Shown here: piece by piece, positions 57,981 to 64,000 of the stretch
How positions within the stretch are numbered: the stretch's first letter is position 1
Layout of the letters: each line of letters starts with the position of its first letter
IMG/VR virus record: IMGVR_UViG_3300029286_000011
DNA from: a virus
Taxonomy: Duplodnaviria; Caudoviricetes
Strand: one strand, 5' to 3'
DNA length: 64,000 bases
The notes under the pieces: generated by a model
What the model saw: only the letters and a program-made list of their open reading frames with translations
Told to the model about the DNA's origin: nothing
The model's database searches: none
Program-made: the position numbers and the translations under genes

Positions 57981-59117
57981 TCAGGTCGTTCCATCGTCCA
58001 CCTCGGTTTCTGCAGGTACGATGATAAGGTTGATGATCTCAAGACAACCTATCGTCTGATGGAACTCTGGCACAATGACACAGAAAGCCTGCCGGGACAG
58101 GGTGGGCACTGTTACCATTATACGATTCCTACCAGTAGGCGCTGGAGCGAACCTGCTACCTTCTTTGTATCTGTCGTCGTAAATAAGCGATAGACAGATA
58201 CCTGATTTGACCACTTTGTGGAATCGATAACGATGCAAGCCGGCAACACCAAGATCGAACACAGCGTCGTATGTTGGGCTTACAGGGTCAGCTGCCAAGA
58301 ACTCAAGGCCCGTTCTAGAGTTGTCCACAGGCTCTGGAATCTCTACGGATTCGACAGGCGCTTGTGACGGCCTAGGGGCTTTGACCAAGGCGGTGACAAC
58401 AGAGGTCAACTGCTGAATGCTGTCTTCAATGGCCTTGATGCGCTGGCTTTTGACCTTCGGCCGTGAAGCCTGTTTAACAGGCCTTCGCTTGACTGGCCGA
58501 GCTCGCACCGGCTCTTGCACCTCTTCATCAACGTCGTCGGCATACTCTTCAACTTCCTCACGTCGCGCCGGCTTACGTTGTACCTTCTGAGGTTGCCATT
58601 TGCTGCCACGATTGGCCGCAGTACTTCGAGAGCTACTACGCTCAGCTTGTTCAGCCTGTTCTTCCTCGGCACCGTCGTCTTCGTCCCACATAGACTTCAT
58701 GGGTGTTACCTCTTGCATCTGCTCAAAGTCAGGTACGACCTGCAGGGTTTTGTGTTTCACACGTCCCTGTGCGTTACTGGCTTCCATGGCCAACAGAAAA
58801 GCTTCTTCCGGATCGTCTGTTTTCATGGCTGCCTGCTTACAGGCGGCTTTAGTCAACTTACGCAAGTCAATAACGGTGCCGCCTTCGCCCGTTATTGGAT
58901 TGGTTGGATCGATTATGATCACACCAGCGCGGCTGTGATCGATGACCTTGGAAGTGCCGCCGCGAGTAGCCCTGGGCAACATGACTCTACCAGAGGCGTG
59001 CTTATGATATTTGCTCGGATCAGGTGTATGTGCCATTACACCTGCCTTATCCGGGGGTTGTGCGATCGGTGACCAGTCTGATCGACTACTAAAATCACGC
59101 TTAGCTTTTGCTAACAT
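57981..59117 (-). CDS. Hypothetical protein with charged linker
   Basis: 378 aa ORF. Confidence 0.6.
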   Translation of the reverse strand: MLAKAKRDFSSRSDWSPIAQPPDKAGVMAHTPDPSKYHKHASGRVMLPRATRGGTSKVIDHSRAGVIIIDPTNPITGEGGTVIDLRKLTKAACKQAAMKTDDPEEAFLLAMEASNAQGRVKHKTLQVVPDFEQMQEVTPMKSMWDEDDGAEEEQAEQAERSSSRSTAANRGSKWQPQKVQRKPARREEVEEYADDVDEEVQEPVRARPVKRRPVKQASRPKVKSQRIKAIEDSIQQLTSVVTALVKAPRPSQAPVESVEIPEPVDNSRTGLEFLAADPVSPTYDAVFDLGVAGLHRYRFHKVVKSGICLSLIYDDRYKEGSRFAPAPTGRNRIMVTVPTLSRQAFCVIVPEFHQTIGCLEIINLIIVPAETEVDDGTT

Positions 59118-59171
59118 AATGACCTTTTACCTCCGGCCACTAGTCTAGCATTCAGCATAGCTAAAGGAAAG

Positions 59172-59207
59172 GGAACAAGGCAGGCCGTTTCGCTCCTGCC
59201 TTGTTCC
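59172..59207 (-). terminator. Hairpin, probable terminator
   Basis: 13-bp stem GGAACAAGGCAGG / CCTGCCTTGTTCC followed by CTTTCCTTT on the minus strand, right after the ORF stop at 59226. Confidence 0.6.
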
Positions 59208-59225
59208 TTCCCCGCACAGTTGAGC

Positions 59226-60848
59226 CTACGTCAACTGTGTTGCTTTGTTCTCTCGATAGGAATCGACGTTCACGGCCCCGCCCCCAAGGTGATATCCGAC
59301 GCCATTGGCTACGAACTCCCAGTCAGCTTGCTGGTTATTCGCCAATGCGCCGAACACAAACACCTTGAGCTCAGGCACGTAAAAGCGTTCGAGACCACGA
59401 AAGTCAAGCAGTACGTCGTATGCGAGGGAGCAGGCGGATGGCGGTAACCACTTGGCAGGAACCAAGTAATTGTTGCCATTCGAATTGGGTTCGGCGAACG
59501 AGTCGCGGATGTAGGCAGCCGCCATCACGGGCAGCAACGAACCCAATGCTCTGATCTCGCTACGTGTCCACAGGCGCCTCGGCATCCAGTTGCATACTGG
59601 TTCGCCCGCCTGAAATTCCTTATCCAACATCCCAAGATCAGGCGCATAGGCCCGAGGGATGTACACTACGCTACCGTCGGGCCATTGCGCGACGTACACT
59701 GTGGGGTCCGTGTCAATAAATTCGACAATCGCCCCGGCGGCCGGCGCACGCACGGTAAACGGTTTTGCACTGAGCGCCCCGGCAGGGCCCAGTACACGAC
59801 GAAGTTCGTCGACGAGCGAATCCGACACTGTCATATCGGAGATAACATGCTCAACCGATTCAGCCGTCATGCGGAGATATGCCGCCGGCAGTTGTCCGTA
59901 ATCTGCCATCGGACCAGTTTCATGGTTGATCAGCCGCCTGGTCATAAGATTGCCAGTGCGGAGCAGATCTTCCCTATCAAGCGGTACCCAGTTCTTCGTG
60001 GGCTGGCGCACAAACATGGTTCTTCCATTCTCCACGCGTATGCGCCCATACTTGCAGGCTTCCATTGCCTGCACAACTGGTTGGTCGGCGGTGACTTGCT
60101 CACCTTCGGCCACCAGCAGCTTGAACTCCTTGTTACGCGGCAGCCGCAAGATAGGCAGCTTTCCCGCGTCGTCCTCCAACCACACTTCCAGCCTGACGGG
60201 TGTGTCAACAAACGTGACAAACCCAGCACCCGGCGAACGAATCATAGCCGGATTCTTTGCGCTGGCGATGGCATCACACAGCGCCGCCCCTACTGTGCCA
60301 GGACGATACTCGCACAGTTCGTAGCGGTAGTCGGATTGGCGTGGACGCTCCAGCGTATCCCACGTCACCGGCCGCCTTGGCAGCACTGTCTCAACGCCTC
60401 CGTCAGCCATTCGATGCAACTCGTGCAGCGTCACGTCGAAACGATAGGGCCGAGCCCAAGTCTTCTTCTTGTGTCCACCTGAGAAACTCACTTCAGGCGG
60501 AACGTTCAACATACGCATAGCCAACACGTCCACGTGGTCGTGTGGCAGTAAGCTGGGATGTAGCCCGCCCGACCTAGATCGAGCTTTGTAGGCCAGTATC
60601 CCAAAGCCAGCGCGAGCACCGCTGTGGCCTTCAGTGGCATTCGCCCACTCCTCCTGCACCGGGGTTAGATTGTGCCTGGTTCCCGGCCCATAGACTTCCT
60701 TGTGAAGCAAGTTTTCCATCGATGTCGCTCCATTTGTCCTACCCACCGGAACGTAAATTCGTTCTACGCGCCTATCGGCTGTCCACTCCAACAGCCAATA
60801 CGTAAAGAAAAAGGTCTTCAGCTGATAGCAACTGAAGACCCATTGCAT
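59226..60848 (-). CDS. Hypothetical protein with two sandwich-barrel-hybrid-like motifs
   Basis: LPRNKEFKLLVAEGEQVTADQPV and VRAPAAGAIV..YIP..EFQAGEPV. Confidence 0.55.
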   Translation of the reverse strand: MQWVFSCYQLKTFFFTYWLLEWTADRRVERIYVPVGRTNGATSMENLLHKEVYGPGTRHNLTPVQEEWANATEGHSGARAGFGILAYKARSRSGGLHPSLLPHDHVDVLAMRMLNVPPEVSFSGGHKKKTWARPYRFDVTLHELHRMADGGVETVLPRRPVTWDTLERPRQSDYRYELCEYRPGTVGAALCDAIASAKNPAMIRSPGAGFVTFVDTPVRLEVWLEDDAGKLPILRLPRNKEFKLLVAEGEQVTADQPVVQAMEACKYGRIRVENGRTMFVRQPTKNWVPLDREDLLRTGNLMTRRLINHETGPMADYGQLPAAYLRMTAESVEHVISDMTVSDSLVDELRRVLGPAGALSAKPFTVRAPAAGAIVEFIDTDPTVYVAQWPDGSVVYIPRAYAPDLGMLDKEFQAGEPVCNWMPRRLWTRSEIRALGSLLPVMAAAYIRDSFAEPNSNGNNYLVPAKWLPPSACSLAYDVLLDFRGLERFYVPELKVFVFGALANNQQADWEFVANGVGYHLGGGAVNVDSYRENKATQLT

Positions 60849-60880
60849 AATATTATGACACCGTGTGGTGTCTTTTTTAG

Positions 60881-61387
60881 CTATCCGTCATCATCGTCAA
60901 AGTCGTCCTCAGGTTCCTCGTCGGGAGTGTCTATTTCACCGTCGTCAGTCATCACTGACGCTGACGCATCTGCGGCCACTACAGAAGAATTGCCTGAGGC
61001 GTCGGCTATGTTGATATCCTCTTCACCAAAATAGCCCTCCTCATTAACTGTTGGCATCAACGAGTCAAACAACGGCAGCATCTCGCCTGTGGCTAGCACA
61101 AGATGATGTGGCCATGTTGTCAACTTAGATTGAACGCCATAGAACACAAACAGCCAGCCCTTGCGCGATAGCGCCTGCTTCAAGAATGTTCGCAGTGCGC
61201 CTATATCGGCAAATCGGCTGAGAGAAGGCTTGGCGTAATCCAGCACCTCCACAACCCACCACGCTGGAGTTGCCGATATATCAAACGGCTCTTCAGGCAT
61301 ACGAACAGGCGCTGGCAGGCCCAACGAGGCCCACAGATCTTCAATCTGCTGTTTAAGCTGATCTGTTGATTTGATTATCTCTGACAT
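60881..61387 (-). CDS. Hypothetical protein with acidic tail
   Basis: 168 aa ORF. Confidence 0.6.
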   Translation of the reverse strand: MSEIIKSTDQLKQQIEDLWASLGLPAPVRMPEEPFDISATPAWWVVEVLDYAKPSLSRFADIGALRTFLKQALSRKGWLFVFYGVQSKLTTWPHHLVLATGEMLPLFDSLMPTVNEEGYFGEEDINIADASGNSSVVAADASASVMTDDGEIDTPDEEPEDDFDDDDG

Positions 61388-61701
61388 GACTCAGACAACC
61401 TATCAGTGACGTAGGCTCAGGACAACATAGTACGAGTACTGACAGCCGGTGCCGGCTCATCCTTAGCCACAGGATAGTCAATCGCCACACGACCATTGCT
61501 GCCACGCACGCTAAGCAAAGCCGTCGTATTGGCCTTATCATCGTCGATACGAATATAGGCCAGTGTTGCCGAGTCACGGCTGCGGAAGAACGTGGGCTCA
61601 AAGACAAGCTTCGAAACTTCCACCTCGTTACCGGCCTTATCGTACGCTTTGATCTTGGCCGAAAAGCCATCAGCAACGGGAACCAGTGTAACAGTCTTCA
61701 T

Positions 61702-62547
61702 CTAGCTCTCCTTCTTTGAGTTGCGCCAGTCTTGTTGATAGTACTGCTGGAACAACTGTTTTTGATCCAGTGACATTTCCTGTTCCGTTACATCATGATA
61801 CGTGGATGGATCGCTAATTTGAACTCTACCCTCTTTCTTAGCTGTAGAGTAGCGATCACCAAGTTCAATCATTCGTATGTCGCCTGGGTAGCATTTGGCA
61901 ACTGCCACATACGGATCTTCGCCAGCAAACAATGCTCGTGCGAAGATCTGAGTATGATGAAAAGCCTTGCCCTTAACTAACTGCGGCAGATGAATTATAG
62001 GGTTACGACCGGTCTGGAAGAACAGGTTACCCTTGTTAGTCTCCAGGTCGAACATGGTTATTGGCACAACAGGTGCCCGTACAGGTATGACTGACGACCT
62101 CTCAAGGAATAGTGGGTCGGCGATCATAATGGGCTGCCATCGAACCCGAGTGATCAGACGCAGGTCCCAATCTTGAAAGGCCAGCGTGCCCATCCATTCT
62201 CTATAGGCAGCCCAAGGCGCTCTCTCCATGCCATACAAGACGTAGTTCCACGTTGGGTCTGTATCTACGTTTATGCCACGGAAGATAGGCTTAGTGAACT
62301 TCAGTGTTATGGGCGTTACCTGCCTACCATACACCTCCAGAAAGTCCATAAAGGGCTCTCGGCCCATCAGACGGACAAATGCGTATATCAGCGCCGGACT
62401 GTAGAAGTGGTATTCATCGTTTAGCGACGCAAGCGTCGTGGCACGGCTGATACGTAACTGCACCGTCTCCGCGCGCTCGCGCGGAAAAGCCTGTCCACCC
62501 TCTGTAAAACCAGATCGAAAGAGCTTAGGTAGCGGGGGAAGACTCAT
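61702..62547 (-). CDS. Hypothetical protein
   Basis: 281 aa ORF. Confidence 0.65.
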   Translation of the reverse strand: MSLPPLPKLFRSGFTEGGQAFPRERAETVQLRISRATTLASLNDEYHFYSPALIYAFVRLMGREPFMDFLEVYGRQVTPITLKFTKPIFRGINVDTDPTWNYVLYGMERAPWAAYREWMGTLAFQDWDLRLITRVRWQPIMIADPLFLERSSVIPVRAPVVPITMFDLETNKGNLFFQTGRNPIIHLPQLVKGKAFHHTQIFARALFAGEDPYVAVAKCYPGDIRMIELGDRYSTAKKEGRVQISDPSTYHDVTEQEMSLDQKQLFQQYYQQDWRNSKKES

Positions 62548-62573
62548 GTGGCGCTACTTGTAGTTAAGGTGCT

Positions 62574-62615
62574 TATACTCTCAGGGCGGCAAACTAAGTC
62601 CGCCCTGAGAGTATA
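62574..62615. other. 16-bp inverted repeat in an intergenic gap
   Basis: TATACTCTCAGGGCGG-N10-CCGCCCTGAGAGTATA with no clear U tract. Confidence 0.7.
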
Positions 62616-62649
62616 GCTTGGTGACCATTTCCCGTACAGTGGTCAAGTA

Positions 62650-63405
62650 CTAGCTTGGCAGCAACGCCGCCATGATGTCATCAGCCTGCGGAACAGGAAA
62701 CAACTGGAACCTATTGGCCAGTTCAAGTGTTAGCCTGAGATCTTCTTTGAGATTGATGTGCGCTGAATAGCCGCCACCATCAAACAACAGCTCTGGCAGT
62801 GTTGTCAGACCGGCCCGAGTCAGTAACTTCTGCATAGACACAGGTCCGTATGAGCCGTTCTCCTTAGGCCTGCGCACCTCAGCTTCAACAAGCATTTCAA
62901 ACGGATCGTATGCGTCTGTGTTGGCGTACCAGTAGCCTATCGGCACACGCAGACCCGTCTTCCGTTGTACATTGGCTTCTATAGCCTCGATGCCACTCAC
63001 ACGGGCGAACGACTTTGTATCAAAGCCATACAGCCACACGCCACGACTGCCCTCACCAGTGACTGAGAAGGCACGAGGAAACATGCTCAACAACCAGGTG
63101 ACAAACGCATGCGACGGATTGACATAGCCAGCAGGCCCGTAGTCAAGCGTCGATGAATCAAACAGCATAGAGGCGTTGGCATCAACGGCCAATATGCTGG
63201 TGATAGTGCCGGTCAGCTTCATGAAGGCAAGTTCACTAGCCAGCTTAGCCTTCTTGGTCTGAATATCTATAGCCTTCTTGAGTTCGTCCTTGAGCCGGCC
63301 ATCAGGAGCCGGATCCTCGATACCGATTACTGCGTCAGTTCGAGGCGATGCCGTATAGGCGACAACCACGGAGCTAGGTAGGGTCACAAAATTCCCCGAT
63401 GTCAA
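62650..63405 (-). CDS. Possible degenerate DnaQ/PolB-type 3'-5' exonuclease
   Basis: LAFMKLTGTITSI, LYGFDTKSFAR and NLKEDLRLT loosely echo the Exo motifs. Confidence 0.3.
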   Translation of the reverse strand: MTSGNFVTLPSSVVVAYTASPRTDAVIGIEDPAPDGRLKDELKKAIDIQTKKAKLASELAFMKLTGTITSILAVDANASMLFDSSTLDYGPAGYVNPSHAFVTWLLSMFPRAFSVTGEGSRGVWLYGFDTKSFARVSGIEAIEANVQRKTGLRVPIGYWYANTDAYDPFEMLVEAEVRRPKENGSYGPVSMQKLLTRAGLTTLPELLFDGGGYSAHINLKEDLRLTLELANRFQLFPVPQADDIMAALLPS

Positions 63406-64000
63406 ATAGGAGTAACAATGTCCGTCAACAACTCATGCACGCTACCATCCTTCATACGTCGTGCGCTAGCTGACCAGCACGGACGATCCTCTGTGGTCTT
63501 GAGAAACCACACTTCATGATGCGCAAGCAATTCGGTCCACTCCGCATCAGGCGTTTCGTATATCTCATCAGACAACTCAAACGGCAGCATACCAAGCACG
63601 GCACAACCGGCGGCATCTGCCCATTTGCACAGCTGGCGGGTAAGCGCCGAAACAAGTCGCACAGGCCCGAGTATCTCCATGCCATCAGCCAGTGCCACCA
63701 TGTCCTCTATAACCAACAGATCAACACGATTCTGGTGTGTCTGCTTGAGCCATGGGTTTATGCAATCGGTCAGCGTTTTGACCGATCGACCCTGCTTAAT
63801 CCATCGATTAGCCGGTATAGCTAATCGTCGTTTGTCCTTGCCGGCAGACACATTAGCCACCAGCTGCATTCGATTACTCAGCGTGACAACGACTGGATTG
63901 AACTCACCTGTAGGTGCGTTGTATGCGTTGACAGCGCTGACCACATGCGACAGTACGGCAGCAGGCCCAACAACAACATTGCATGTGCCACGGGTCAAGC
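63402..64000 (-). CDS. C-terminal part of a P-loop/RecA-fold-like protein, truncated by the window edge
   Basis: VDLLVIEDM..LCKWADAAGCAVLGM resembles the DnaB/RecA Walker B region. Confidence 0.3.
   Translation of the reverse strand, partial: LTRGTCNVVVGPAAVLSHVVSAVNAYNAPTGEFNPVVVTLSNRMQLVANVSAGKDKRRLAIPANRWIKQGRSVKTLTDCINPWLKQTHQNRVDLLVIEDMVALADGMEILGPVRLVSALTRQLCKWADAAGCAVLGMLPFELSDEIYETPDAEWTELLAHHEVWFLKTTEDRPCWSASARRMKDGSVHELLTDIVTPI

Overview
A 64 kb slice of what looks like a large (jumbo-type) bacteriophage genome. Essentially all real genes are on the minus strand, tightly packed and mostly hypothetical. A Planctomycetota host is plausible but only inferred. From left to right the window holds: (1) a purA-like / vWA / RyR-like / J-domain-pseudokinase cluster, with a Nop/IS110-like gene inserted in it that lacks recombinase catalytic motifs; (2) rmlA-rmlB, with rmlC 15 kb away; (3) a complete Ubl-E2-JAB-E1 ubiquitin-like conjugation operon; (4) about 20 kb of small mosaic accessory genes with one tRNA(CAU); (5) methyltransferase, glycosyltransferase and radical SAM genes; (6) Pro/Ala/Gly-rich candidate virion proteins and a putative portal. 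The standout is a non-coding array at 41487-42733 of 35 units with 35-nt period. Two short alternating repeats are separated by 8-nt variable spacers, the architecture of a TIGR (tandem interspaced guide RNA) array. Its likely partner is the Nop-domain TasA-like protein at 1399-2730, about 39 kb away. An exact copy of one array repeat overlaps that gene's start codon, which links the two loci. All calls are by eye; no database searches were run.
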